Shown: positions 19,019 through 27,919 of the stretch, piece by piece
How the letters are laid out: each line of letters begins with the position of its first letter
Numbering within the stretch: position 1 is the first letter of the stretch
NCBI GenBank assembly: GCA_019314375.1
Contig: JAFCZJ010000002.1
Location: 6,904 to 70,903 of the forward strand
Source: Deltaproteobacteria bacterium
GTDB taxonomy: Bacteria; Myxococcota; B64-G9
DNA length: 64,000 bases
Direction of reading: 5' to 3'
The notes under the pieces: generated by a model
Told to the model about the DNA's origin: nothing
Databases searched by the model: none
The model's input: the letters and a program-made list of their open reading frames with translations, nothing else
Made by a program: the position numbers and the translations under genes

Positions 19019-19513
19019 TCACTCCGGCGTCAGGCGGGCGGTGAACTCCACGTGGGGCACGCAGACGCAGGGCACGTACTTTTCGGTTTGCCAGGGCTCA
19101 TAGCCTTCCAATTCAATCTCAAACAGATTGTTGGCCACCAAGGTCAGCACCCATTCCTGAGCAACGAAGAAGGCCCTGCGGCCTTCTTCTTCCCAGGTGC
19201 ATTCGCAGCCATCCTCGACCACGCCCCCGTCAGGACGGTTGTTGGAGATGTTGCGGTCGTTGATGCGCACGGTGATGGGGCAGCAGAGTTCCAGGCCGGT
19301 CTCATCGTCGACGATGGTGATGAAGACCGAGTCGTCGACGTTGCCGTCGCAGCCTAAGTGACAACCAGCATCCCGCGGGCCAATGTCCTCAACCCCGGAC
19401 AGATCCACATCCTCCTGCCCGCCGTCTGGGTTGTCGCCCGAGCCGGCGCAGGCCTGGGCCAGCAGCAGAAAACATCCGGAAAGAATTGAAAACAGGATTC
19501 GCTTCACGACCAT
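19019..19513 (-). CDS. Hypothetical lipoprotein
   Basis: GGGAG RBS; signal peptide with AQAC; acidic linker. Confidence 0.65.
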   Translation of the reverse strand: MVVKRILFSILSGCFLLLAQACAGSGDNPDGGQEDVDLSGVEDIGPRDAGCHLGCDGNVDDSVFITIVDDETGLELCCPITVRINDRNISNNRPDGGVVEDGCECTWEEEGRRAFFVAQEWVLTLVANNLFEIELEGYEPWQTEKYVPCVCVPHVEFTARLTPE

Positions 19514-19577
19514 CTCCCGATTATTGTGTTCCGTTGAGGGAAATATAGTACGGCGTGGAATTTTTGGGAAGGCCGCG

Positions 19578-19618
19578 AAAATTGGGGAAAAATTGGGGGA
19601 AAAATTGGGGGACGGGGG
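19578..19618 (+). repeat. Stuttered AAATTGGGG x3 ending in AATTGGGGGACGGGGG
   Basis: Three tandem A4-5TTG4-5 units; the last is an imperfect inverted copy of the repeats at 23376 and 27888. Confidence 0.6.
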
Positions 19619-19706
19619 TGCGAGAATCCTAGAATCCCACGTGACAAATATGCCTTCTGGGGCTAGGATCGCTCCGTTTTACATCTGAAGCTCCATAGGA
19701 GGCCTG

Positions 19707-20909
19707 ATGGGCAAATTGTCAAAGAGCCTGTTGCTGTCCATGCTGACGATTTTCGTCATGGCATGTGGTGGCGGTGGGCAGAGCGCGGATGCAGGCTTGG
19801 ATGCGGCCCTCGACGCGGGCCTCGATGCCGGAGGAGAGGATGCCGGAGGTGACGGGGGTCTTATCTCCCTGGCGAATTATTGCCAAAGCTTGACCGAGGC
19901 CTATTGCGAATTCCTGCAGCGCTGTCCGGTCCCGGGCCAAGCGCTGGATCCTTTGGCGGATTGCCTCGAGGGCAGTCGCGGCTGGTGTGCCGATGCGCTG
20001 TTGGTGGACATGGAGGCCTTGGGCTGGATCGCGTACTCTCCCGCCCAAGCCGATGCCTGTTTGGCTGAAATGGCCCTTCTCGACTGTCGGGATTTCGATC
20101 ACGCCGGGCGAGACCTCAATGGCCAAACCGCCTGCGGTCAAGTGCTCGCGAGCCTGCAGGCGGACCAGAGCCCATGCGTATCCGGCTTCGAGTGTCTAAG
20201 TGGAGTTTGTCGATTCTCAGACTTATGTCCCGGCACCTGCGCGCCCGTGGTCGGCTTGGATGCGGATTGTTCGGGCGGCCAGGTTTGTGCTGACGGCAGC
20301 TTGTGTTGGCAAGGGGTATGTATGGCCTTGCCTGGAAATCCTGGAGACGCCTGCCCGGAAGGGTTTTGCGCATGGCCTTTGTTGTGCCGCATGTCCGGCA
20401 GCGACAACTCAAGTTGGCGCTGCGCTGAATTGGGGTTGACGGGCGAGGTCTGTGGACCCGATGCCCGTGTATGCTTCCCCGGGCTTTTTTGCAAACAGGA
20501 ACAAAGCGATGGACCCGGCCTGTGCGCCGTGCCCGGTCAGGAGGGGGCGGTATGCCAGGACAGCTCGGAGTGCTACGATCCGGCTGGTCCGGTCCTGCTA
20601 TGTTCCGGCGGCACCTGCCTGCCGGCGCCGGCTGCGGGTGAGCCCTGTGAAGAGTACAGCTGCGATCAGGCCTGGTGTGACACCCAGGCCATCACGCCGA
20701 CTTGTGTAGCGCTGGCTCAACAAGGCCAGAATTGCAGTCAGGACAGCAGGTGCTTGCCCGAGTTATTCTGTCGGGACGAACTCTGCCAGCCCCGTCTACA
20801 AGTCGGCGAGAACTGTGCTTTGCATAACTGGGGCTGTGTTCGAGGTCTGATTTGTCGAGCGGAACGTTGTGTGTCCATTGGCGGTGCGGTATGCGAGCCG
20901 GAGGAATGA
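19707..20909 (+). CDS. Cys-rich lipoprotein
   Basis: AGGAGG RBS; lipobox VMAC; DAG linker; repeated GxxC...C...LxC units. Confidence 0.8.
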   Translation: MGKLSKSLLLSMLTIFVMACGGGGQSADAGLDAALDAGLDAGGEDAGGDGGLISLANYCQSLTEAYCEFLQRCPVPGQALDPLADCLEGSRGWCADALLVDMEALGWIAYSPAQADACLAEMALLDCRDFDHAGRDLNGQTACGQVLASLQADQSPCVSGFECLSGVCRFSDLCPGTCAPVVGLDADCSGGQVCADGSLCWQGVCMALPGNPGDACPEGFCAWPLLCRMSGSDNSSWRCAELGLTGEVCGPDARVCFPGLFCKQEQSDGPGLCAVPGQEGAVCQDSSECYDPAGPVLLCSGGTCLPAPAAGEPCEEYSCDQAWCDTQAITPTCVALAQQGQNCSQDSRCLPELFCRDELCQPRLQVGENCALHNWGCVRGLICRAERCVSIGGAVCEPEE

Positions 20910-23287
20910 CCATGAATCGTACCCATTTTATCGGTTGCTTGTTGGGGATGCTGGGCCTGAGCCTGGTGGTGGCCTGCCAGGGCGCCGCTGATTCGGACCA
21001 AACTTTCGGCCATTTGGATGACTGGACCGACCAGAGTGTATCCCTCGAACTGGATCACGAGTCCACGCTCAGCTTCAGGGCTGATGGCAACCAGATTTTG
21101 AGCAATCCGCCTCTGTTCGCCGGAGGCCGGCTGCGGGTTGAATACGATCCCAATCGTCTTGCGGGTTGCCGCGGCAGTCACGCCGGCGCCTGGAGCATCA
21201 TCGTTCACTTGCGTGAAAAGCCTTCTGGTACTTTGACGTCAAGGGTGATGGGGTCTTCCGGCAACTTGCTGTCGAGCACCTTCGCGGTGGGCGAAGAGGC
21301 CGAGTGGCTGGAGATATGGTTTGAAAATACCGATGATCAGGGCTGCCGTGACTTCGACAATCGCTCAGGAGCCAATTATCAATTCCAAACGGTGGTGCCC
21401 ACAGGCTTAAGCCGGGTCCTGTTTCCCGCGGATTGGAACGAGTCGGCGCAACCGGCCATCGTGGCCGGGGGGCTGATGCAACTCGACTACGACCCGGCCC
21501 GTCTGCGGTTGTGCCGGGCCACCTACAACGGTGGGCGCACCTGGAACATCCTTGCCCACTGGGCTTTTTCCCCAGGGGGTCAACGAAGTTCCATCCCCTT
21601 GTTTGCCGGTGACTATTATGCCGGCGAAGAGGCCATTTTGAGGCCCTTGCTGACCGTGCCGGAAGATGCCGAGTCGGTGGAAGTTTGGTTTGTCAACTCG
21701 GACCGGGCCGGCTGTGTAGCCTGGGACAGCAATCTCGGCGATAACTATCGCTTCCCCGTGGCCTCAAGCGCGGAGGCGGTGACCGAAATCGGTTGGGTCG
21801 GGGAGCACGACTTTGTCATCGCCTATCCCAACGAGACCGAACATTTGGGCAAACAAGATCCGGTCTGGTATCAGGACAACTGGGCGGGCATGCCCAAGAG
21901 CTCCTGGACTGAAATACAAATCTGGGTGCAGGGACTGACCGACGTGGTCTATGCCAACACGCAAGAGGCAGCCCAGGCGGCCGCGGCTCGAATTGATGCC
22001 GGGGTCTTGACTTCGGCTTTGGCCGAAGAGTGGCCCCTTGAATTTGTGGAGCAGCGTGGCAACAACTTCGTCTACGCTTTTCGCTTCTGGAAGATGCGCT
22101 ACGTTATCTACAATGATCCGCCTGTAGCAGCCGGCCTTTATCAGTTCCGTTATCGTTTCTCCCTCGACGGTCAGGCGGCCCAGGAATTTGGGCGCGCCGA
22201 TGGGCAGGACTGGCGTTTCGTTGTCTCTCCCGACTTAGACTGCTCATTGTTCCCCGACGGCGGACCGGAAGGATGTCAACAGAGCACGAGTGTGGATTGG
22301 GCCGGGAACTGGGGAGGTCGTTTCGATCACTCCTGCAGCCATCGCTTGGGTTTGGATGAGCCGGTCGTCTTCACCAAAAGCAGCCTGGGGCATGACTGCA
22401 TGGTCATCAGCGCCGAGGTCTATGTGGCGGGTTTAACCGACGCAGGTGGCGATCCGCAGGCCATCATGGCGCAGGTGGAAAGCGATATCGGCTTCGGCGG
22501 CGGACCCTTGGTCCAGCCGGTTACCTATGACCTCGCTTACGACACGCGCAGCGGAAATAACTACCGCTACCAATGGTTCTGCAATGAGCATGTGGGGCGT
22601 TCCGACAGGGGAGACTATCGTTTCCGCTTTCGTTTTTCAGCCGACCAAGGTCAGACATGGAGCGTCATTGGTGATGAAGCGGGAGGCTTTCGCGCCTTGT
22701 GGGTGCGCAACGACTCCACGGACGTAGAAGCCCAGCAATTCTGCGAAGGCTTGGAAAGTTGGCAATCCGCCTTTCAGCATCAGGACGCCTGCATAGACTA
22801 CCAGCCCGCGACCCAGGTCGACGCAAACAACTGTGAGTTCTACGTCAACGCCTTCGGCCGGGGGCAGTGGTCCCAGGCCAGCGTTCACGCCAGCTGGTTG
22901 GAGTCTTGGATCAGCGTCAACGCCGAGCAGGAAGGCCAAGTCGAAAACGTCGGCCTGTGGGCGAGCTATCGGGACCTTGCCGACGGAAGCCTGCACGAGG
23001 TTTTAAGCTTGGGCAGCGAATACGAGCCGAATTACTGGCTGGTGGGCTTGACGAAAGAAGAGAATAGCCTCTTCGATCGTCAGGTCGAAGCCTTGGCCTT
23101 CTTTCTCGATGTGCGCCGCCTCGATGGCAGCGTGGAACGATTGTGGCAGAGTCGCTCAGGCGCCAATTACACAGAGGCCGACATCTTCGCCGTGGCCGGC
23201 TTCCTTCTCTCCCTCGGCTCGGGGAGCGTCGAATACGCGGATGAGTCGATGGGCCTCTTCGACGCCAAGCGGGCCTGCGCTCAGTAG
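20906..23287 (+). CDS. Lipoprotein with two DUF6209-like domains
   Basis: ATGA overlap; lipobox VVAC; duplicated GG.L...YDP.RL..CR...W.I..H...WF.N.D..GC...D...G.NY.F module; family name from recall. Confidence 0.75.
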   Translation: MTMNRTHFIGCLLGMLGLSLVVACQGAADSDQTFGHLDDWTDQSVSLELDHESTLSFRADGNQILSNPPLFAGGRLRVEYDPNRLAGCRGSHAGAWSIIVHLREKPSGTLTSRVMGSSGNLLSSTFAVGEEAEWLEIWFENTDDQGCRDFDNRSGANYQFQTVVPTGLSRVLFPADWNESAQPAIVAGGLMQLDYDPARLRLCRATYNGGRTWNILAHWAFSPGGQRSSIPLFAGDYYAGEEAILRPLLTVPEDAESVEVWFVNSDRAGCVAWDSNLGDNYRFPVASSAEAVTEIGWVGEHDFVIAYPNETEHLGKQDPVWYQDNWAGMPKSSWTEIQIWVQGLTDVVYANTQEAAQAAAARIDAGVLTSALAEEWPLEFVEQRGNNFVYAFRFWKMRYVIYNDPPVAAGLYQFRYRFSLDGQAAQEFGRADGQDWRFVVSPDLDCSLFPDGGPEGCQQSTSVDWAGNWGGRFDHSCSHRLGLDEPVVFTKSSLGHDCMVISAEVYVAGLTDAGGDPQAIMAQVESDIGFGGGPLVQPVTYDLAYDTRSGNNYRYQWFCNEHVGRSDRGDYRFRFRFSADQGQTWSVIGDEAGGFRALWVRNDSTDVEAQQFCEGLESWQSAFQHQDACIDYQPATQVDANNCEFYVNAFGRGQWSQASVHASWLESWISVNAEQEGQVENVGLWASYRDLADGSLHEVLSLGSEYEPNYWLVGLTKEENSLFDRQVEALAFFLDVRRLDGSVERLWQSRSGANYTEADIFAVAGFLLSLGSGSVEYADESMGLFDAKRACAQ

Positions 23288-23375
23288 GCAGAACCTGAGA
23301 TCATCGGGCCTTACTGGCAGGTCCATGATTATGGCCACCGCCTCAAGGTGCCAGGCAAATAGTCTTGTGTGACCT

Positions 23376-23391
23376 CCGTCCCCGGAATTCC
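23376..23391 (+). repeat. 16-bp repeat CCGTCCCCGGAATTCC, copy 1
   Basis: Exact match to 27888-27903; intergenic. Confidence 0.75.
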
Positions 23392-23458
23392 CCCGATCTC
23401 CTCAAGTATGAGCCCATTCCATTCAACTGTATTCATCCGATAGCTGTGCAAGATTGGA

Positions 23459-23803
23459 TCAGTCCCCGTAAAGCAGGGCTTCGATCTTGGCCAGCACCTC
23501 TTCCAGAACGGCTTTGGGCGCGGTGGCGAATTTTTTTGCCCCTCGCTTCCGCCAGTCCAGGTTTTTGATCTGATCGGCCAGGATTGCGCCTTTGGCTTTG
23601 GATGAAGACGGCAGGCTCACTTCGAAGGGATAGCCCTTGACCCGACTTGTCAAGGGACAGAACAAAGCCAGACCTACTTTGGCGTTGTAGGCCCTGGGGG
23701 AGATGACCAGGGCTGGGCGATGGCCGGCCTGCTCATGGCCGGTCTGGGGGCTGAACTGCAACCAGACGATGTCGCCTCGCTTGGGCACATAGCTTTTGCT
23801 CAC
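23459..23803 (-). CDS. mazF: MazF/PemK endoribonuclease toxin
   Basis: YVPKRGDIVWLQFSPQTGHEQAGHRPALVISP, CPLTS, ILADQIKNLDWRKR. Confidence 0.96.
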   Translation of the reverse strand: MSKSYVPKRGDIVWLQFSPQTGHEQAGHRPALVISPRAYNAKVGLALFCPLTSRVKGYPFEVSLPSSSKAKGAILADQIKNLDWRKRGAKKFATAPKAVLEEVLAKIEALLYGD

Positions 23804-24042
23804 CAGATTTCCCCGCCCACGGCCTCACCGCTGTCCACCTCGGCATGCAGATTGTCCTCGGTCACGTCGGTCAGTAGATTCTGGAGGGAGTATGTTCGGG
23901 GATGCAGGGGGCGAATGGTCAAGGCCCCGTCTTCGATGCTCAGTTCCACCTCCATGCCTTCTTCGACCTCCACTTCCTTGGCGAAGGACTTGGGAATGCG
24001 AAGTCCGAGACTGTTGCCCCATTTGCTGATCTTGATCACCAT
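23800..24042 (-). CDS. mazE: MazE/AbrB-type antitoxin
   Basis: GGAGG RBS before ATG24042; KISKWGNSLGLRIPK, YSLQNLL, GEAVGGEIW; 4-nt overlap with mazF. Confidence 0.95.
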   Translation of the reverse strand: MVIKISKWGNSLGLRIPKSFAKEVEVEEGMEVELSIEDGALTIRPLHPRTYSLQNLLTDVTEDNLHAEVDSGEAVGGEIW

Positions 24043-24054
24043 GCCTGCCTCCAG

Positions 24055-24073
24055 TGTATACATTGAGTATACT
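24055..24073. promoter_or_regulatory. Putative mazEF autoregulatory operator overlapping the -10 element
   Basis: Palindromes TGTATACA (24055-24062) and AGTATACT (24066-24073), 11 bp apart; TATACT on the minus strand. Confidence 0.65.
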
Positions 24074-24124
24074 TCCATACCCTGGGCACGTCCAGGCTTT
24101 TTCCAAGGCCATGGCAGGCGGCGG

Positions 24125-26257
24125 CTAGTACGCCAGACAGACCGACCCCTCGGCCAGATCATCCTCTGCGTCACAGGGCTCCTGAGGGCAGTAGTACACA
24201 ACTTCGCAGTTCATGGGCGGCGGGCACTCGATGTCGGCGGAGCACCACTCGGAGCAGCGATTGGTGAGGCACATGCCCTCGCACTGGCTGTCGTCGGGAT
24301 CACAGCTGGAGCCGAGGGGAAGAGGACCCAGATCGAGCACGCATTGCCCCAGGAGCGGCGGTGAAGATTCCAGGTCCGGCAGGCACGCCTGTCCTTCGGG
24401 GCAGTCGCTTGGCCCGCCGCAGCCCGCGTCCTGGCGGCAGACGCTGGCCGGCAAGTTGTTCTCCGGCAGGTCGCATGGTTCCAGCATGCACAGATCAGTC
24501 GTCTGGCAAGTCATGTTGCCGGGGCAGTCGTCGTCGCTGCCGCACCATTCGGAGCACCGACCGTTGACGCAAATCGCCTGGCAAACGTCGTCCGACTCGC
24601 AGGGTGAACCCAACTCAAGATCTCCTGAGTCGCTGCGGCACAGGCCTGTCAGGGTTTCGTCCACCAGGGTTGGCCAGCAGGTCATCCAGTCCTCGCAGTC
24701 ATTGGGCCCCAGGCAGCCGCTGTTGCCGCTGCACATTCCGACACTCCCATCCACACCTGGAATGCTGTACGAGATACAAACGTCATCGTTGATGCAGTCG
24801 TAGGTCGACTCACAGATTTGACTACAGATGTTACCCAGGCAGACCAGGCTGCTGCATCGATCTTCGACGGCGAGCGTTGTCTGGTCAAGGGTCTCATCGC
24901 AAGTACTGCCGGCGTGGATGTCCCCTAGATTTGCGCAGTGAGTCGTCAGGCTGTTGGTCGCTTCGTCGACTTCCACCGTGCACACATCTTCGAGGGGGCA
25001 GTCTCTGTTGGTCAGGCAAGGAAGATCGAAGAAGGGCAGGCAGGCGTGGTTTCCTGACGCCCTCCACATGCATCGGATGGTCACCGAGGGGTCGGGTGCG
25101 AACGCACAGCCGTTGCACTGCTCGTCGGTGTTGCATTCCGGGGCGCACACCGCAATGGGATCCTCTAAGGACTCTCCAATGCAATCTATCCCTGTCTGGC
25201 AAGCGGATCGGCCATAGCCCGTGCAACTGGCCCCGCAGTCGCCGGTGCCATCACCGCAGGGGTAGCCCTCTGCCGTCTTGAGGCAGAAGCTGATGAAAGA
25301 CTCGATCTCGATGCAACACATCTCAGCCGTTTCCCCTTCTGCGTGGTTGACGCAGGATTCGTTCATCTGGCAGTCCGTATCCATGCAATAGCCCACTGTG
25401 TCGCCCGTCTCCTTGTAGCAGCGGCCGCTACCGCAGTCGTAGCCATACTCGCAGGCTTCACCCATCTGCATGCCGCTTGCGTAAAGGCAATCGCCGGTCA
25501 GGCATTCTTGCCCTGAGAGGCAGAAGCCGACGCATTCGCCATATCGGCATGTTTCGCATGCGGTGGGGTCACAGGCCGGATCGCAATCGATGATGTCGCG
25601 GCAGACGCCATTGTCGCAGTCCTGGTTTTCCGAGCAGGCATAGACGCAGCCCTCTTCCTGACAGACCATGCAATCACTGGAGAAGCAGGGTGGATCGCAG
25701 TCAGGGATGTCCTGGCAGGCGCCATCGACGCAGCGCTGGTTGGCGAAGCAGGTGTTCACGCACCTGCCTTCCTGGCAGACCTCGCAAACGATGGTTTCAC
25801 AGGCCGGATCGCAGTCGGGGTAGTCCCGGCAAAACCCGTTATCGCAGTATTGGTCTGCGGTGCAGGCACTGACACAGTCCCCATCCTGGCAGACCATGCA
25901 AACGTTGGGCAGGCAGGGCGGACTGCACCGCAGCTTCTTCTGGCAGACGCCATCTTCGCACTGCTGGTCCGGGGTGCAGGTGCTGGCGCACTCGCCCTCC
26001 TGGCAGGTCATGCAGGCGCTTGAGTCACAAGCAGGAACGCAGGCGGGCGCATCGACGCAGGCACCGTCCTCGCAGATCTGATCGGTGGAACAACTGCTGA
26101 CGCATACCCCTTCCTGGCAGATCTGGCAGGTGCCCATATCGCAGGCCGGGTCGCATTTAATGCTGCTGCCTTGCTCCGAGCAGGCGAGAACCATGAAAGA
26201 TGACAGCGCGAAAATGGGCAGCGCAAGCTTCCGAAGGAGAATCTGTCTTTTGTTCAT
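24125..26257 (-). CDS. Very Cys-rich repeat lipoprotein
   Basis: Lipobox VLAC; six roughly 38-aa CxPxC...C.xC.xG.C...C...Q.C..G.C repeats followed by further Cys modules. Confidence 0.8.
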   Translation of the reverse strand: MNKRQILLRKLALPIFALSSFMVLACSEQGSSIKCDPACDMGTCQICQEGVCVSSCSTDQICEDGACVDAPACVPACDSSACMTCQEGECASTCTPDQQCEDGVCQKKLRCSPPCLPNVCMVCQDGDCVSACTADQYCDNGFCRDYPDCDPACETIVCEVCQEGRCVNTCFANQRCVDGACQDIPDCDPPCFSSDCMVCQEEGCVYACSENQDCDNGVCRDIIDCDPACDPTACETCRYGECVGFCLSGQECLTGDCLYASGMQMGEACEYGYDCGSGRCYKETGDTVGYCMDTDCQMNESCVNHAEGETAEMCCIEIESFISFCLKTAEGYPCGDGTGDCGASCTGYGRSACQTGIDCIGESLEDPIAVCAPECNTDEQCNGCAFAPDPSVTIRCMWRASGNHACLPFFDLPCLTNRDCPLEDVCTVEVDEATNSLTTHCANLGDIHAGSTCDETLDQTTLAVEDRCSSLVCLGNICSQICESTYDCINDDVCISYSIPGVDGSVGMCSGNSGCLGPNDCEDWMTCWPTLVDETLTGLCRSDSGDLELGSPCESDDVCQAICVNGRCSEWCGSDDDCPGNMTCQTTDLCMLEPCDLPENNLPASVCRQDAGCGGPSDCPEGQACLPDLESSPPLLGQCVLDLGPLPLGSSCDPDDSQCEGMCLTNRCSEWCSADIECPPPMNCEVVYYCPQEPCDAEDDLAEGSVCLAY

Positions 26258-26576
26258 TCGTTGTCCCCAATGTGATGGTTTCTATGTCCCCTTGCAGCCG
26301 GAGATCAGCAGCGCGTAAGTCATGGTCTTCATGTCGGCCCCCATTCAGAAGCCCACCGCGCGAAGCAGGGGGCGTCCTGGGTTGAATCGCTGTCTATTAT
26401 ACACCTCACCCGACCGGCACGCACATGTCGACCTGGGCGATGTTGTCCGGGTTGTCGCCAAACCGAGGTGCCACACGAATCGATTCGGCTGAACATCGCA
26501 AACGCGGCGAGATGCAGGTCGTCGATCGCCAGCGCCTGTGCTAGACTGCGATGTACCGAAGGGGAGGTTGTGCGCC

Positions 26577-27614
26577 ATGAATTGGAGGAGACTGAGGATG
26601 TGGATCTGGGCGCTGAGCCTGGTGGGTCTTTGGGGCGCCTGTGTTGATTCGGGACCGAAGCCAGTGGACGGTGGGCCGCAGGGGACGGTCCGTGACGCAA
26701 GCGTCTGGGAATACGGGGCATGCTTTCTGGATTATCATTGCCCCATGGGTATTGTGCGCTTGGGTCTTCCGACGATGAGTAGATGCGCCAGTACGATGAC
26801 GTGGATGGATGCATACTATGAGAGCCTGCAAGAAGACGGTGAGGCCGCTCGGTATTTGGCAAAGAAAGAGGTCCTCGGCGCAATGAGGTCCTGCGAGGAA
26901 TACAACGCCTGGTATTTCTGCGATGAGGACGAGTTGGCGCGGTTTGAAGGCAGCGAGTTGCATTGGTATTGCAGTGACGATACCGCCTTGGCTTGTTCAG
27001 ACAGCAGCCCTTCGAGGGCCAGTCGATTCGATTGCGGAGCTGCGGGTCTGACTTGTGAGGACGGATTCTTGGAGGGAGGCTGTGGATTTGGCTCCTGCGA
27101 TGAGGAGAGCTTTGAACGGCGTTGCGAAGAAGATTTGCTCGTTCTATGTGAGTTCGGTCAGATCGCGCAGGTGGACTGTGGCGATGCGCTCATTGAGCTG
27201 TGGTATAGCGAAATTGACGGACGACCGGTCTCCAATCGCTGCGGAGAGCGCGCCGATGGAAGTTTTGGCTGGATGGGCGACGGGGTGGATTGCGATGAGG
27301 AAGGTTTCTCGCTGCGCTGCGACGGTTCGGTGATGGAGACCTGCACCGGGGGGAAGATCGGCCGGCTGGATTGCAATGACATCATTCCGAACACAGTCTG
27401 CGGAGAGGACAATTTGCCCTGGTTGCGTTGCTGGCCCAAGGATTCGGACTGCGACCCGCGGTCAAACGAGAAATGCCAAGACGGCCGCATCACCTTCTGC
27501 GACTTCGGCCGTTGGGTGCGTATCGACTGCAAGGAGGCTGGCTTTTCAGATTGCCACCTGAATGATATCGCGGACGTAATGGGTCAGGGTGATATGGCCC
27601 ACTGCATTCCCTAA
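26577..27614 (+). CDS. Cys-rich lipoprotein
   Basis: GGGGAGG RBS before ATG26577; lipobox-like WGAC; repeated C.G..L..C..G.....DC units. Confidence 0.75.
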   Translation: MNWRRLRMWIWALSLVGLWGACVDSGPKPVDGGPQGTVRDASVWEYGACFLDYHCPMGIVRLGLPTMSRCASTMTWMDAYYESLQEDGEAARYLAKKEVLGAMRSCEEYNAWYFCDEDELARFEGSELHWYCSDDTALACSDSSPSRASRFDCGAAGLTCEDGFLEGGCGFGSCDEESFERRCEEDLLVLCEFGQIAQVDCGDALIELWYSEIDGRPVSNRCGERADGSFGWMGDGVDCDEEGFSLRCDGSVMETCTGGKIGRLDCNDIIPNTVCGEDNLPWLRCWPKDSDCDPRSNEKCQDGRITFCDFGRWVRIDCKEAGFSDCHLNDIADVMGQGDMAHCIP

Positions 27615-27673
27615 CTGTCTATCTGATCTGCACTGCCCAGTCTTCGGACCTCCGCCCCCAGGATTCTCTGCAA

Positions 27674-27812
27674 ATAGCCATATGTTGGCCAAAGTATCCT
27701 ATGTAAAAAGCCATCAAGTGGCTGAAGTAACCTATGAATAAAGCCATCAAGTGGCTGAAGTAACCTATGAATAAAGCCAATGGGTGGCTAAATGTACCTC
27801 GACAAAAAGCCA
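27674..27812. repeat. 33-bp tandem array with AGCCA-N5-TGGCY dyads
   Basis: AGCCA at 27676, 27709, 27742, 27775 and 27808; units 2 and 3 identical; AT-rich. Confidence 0.85.
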
Positions 27813-27887
27813 ATTTGTTCATATCGTTTCTTGAATTTTTGACGGCCAAGGGGCGCGATGAACTCAGGGTGGAGATCGAGAATCCCC

Positions 27888-27903
27888 CCGTCCCCGGAAT
27901 TCC
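27888..27903 (+). repeat. 16-bp repeat CCGTCCCCGGAATTCC, copy 2
   Basis: Exact match to 23376-23391; intergenic. Confidence 0.75.
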
Positions 27904-27919
27904 TGTGAAACTTCGATGA

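Noticed and set aside
24125..26257. Multiheme cytochrome or ferredoxin
   Set aside because: No CxxCH motifs seen; the lipobox and Cys spacing fit disulfide-rich extracellular repeats
27674..27812. CRISPR or TIGR-type guide array
   Set aside because: No unique spacers of suitable length (two units are identical, variable centre is 5 nt) and no cas or Nop-domain gene is recognisable in the window
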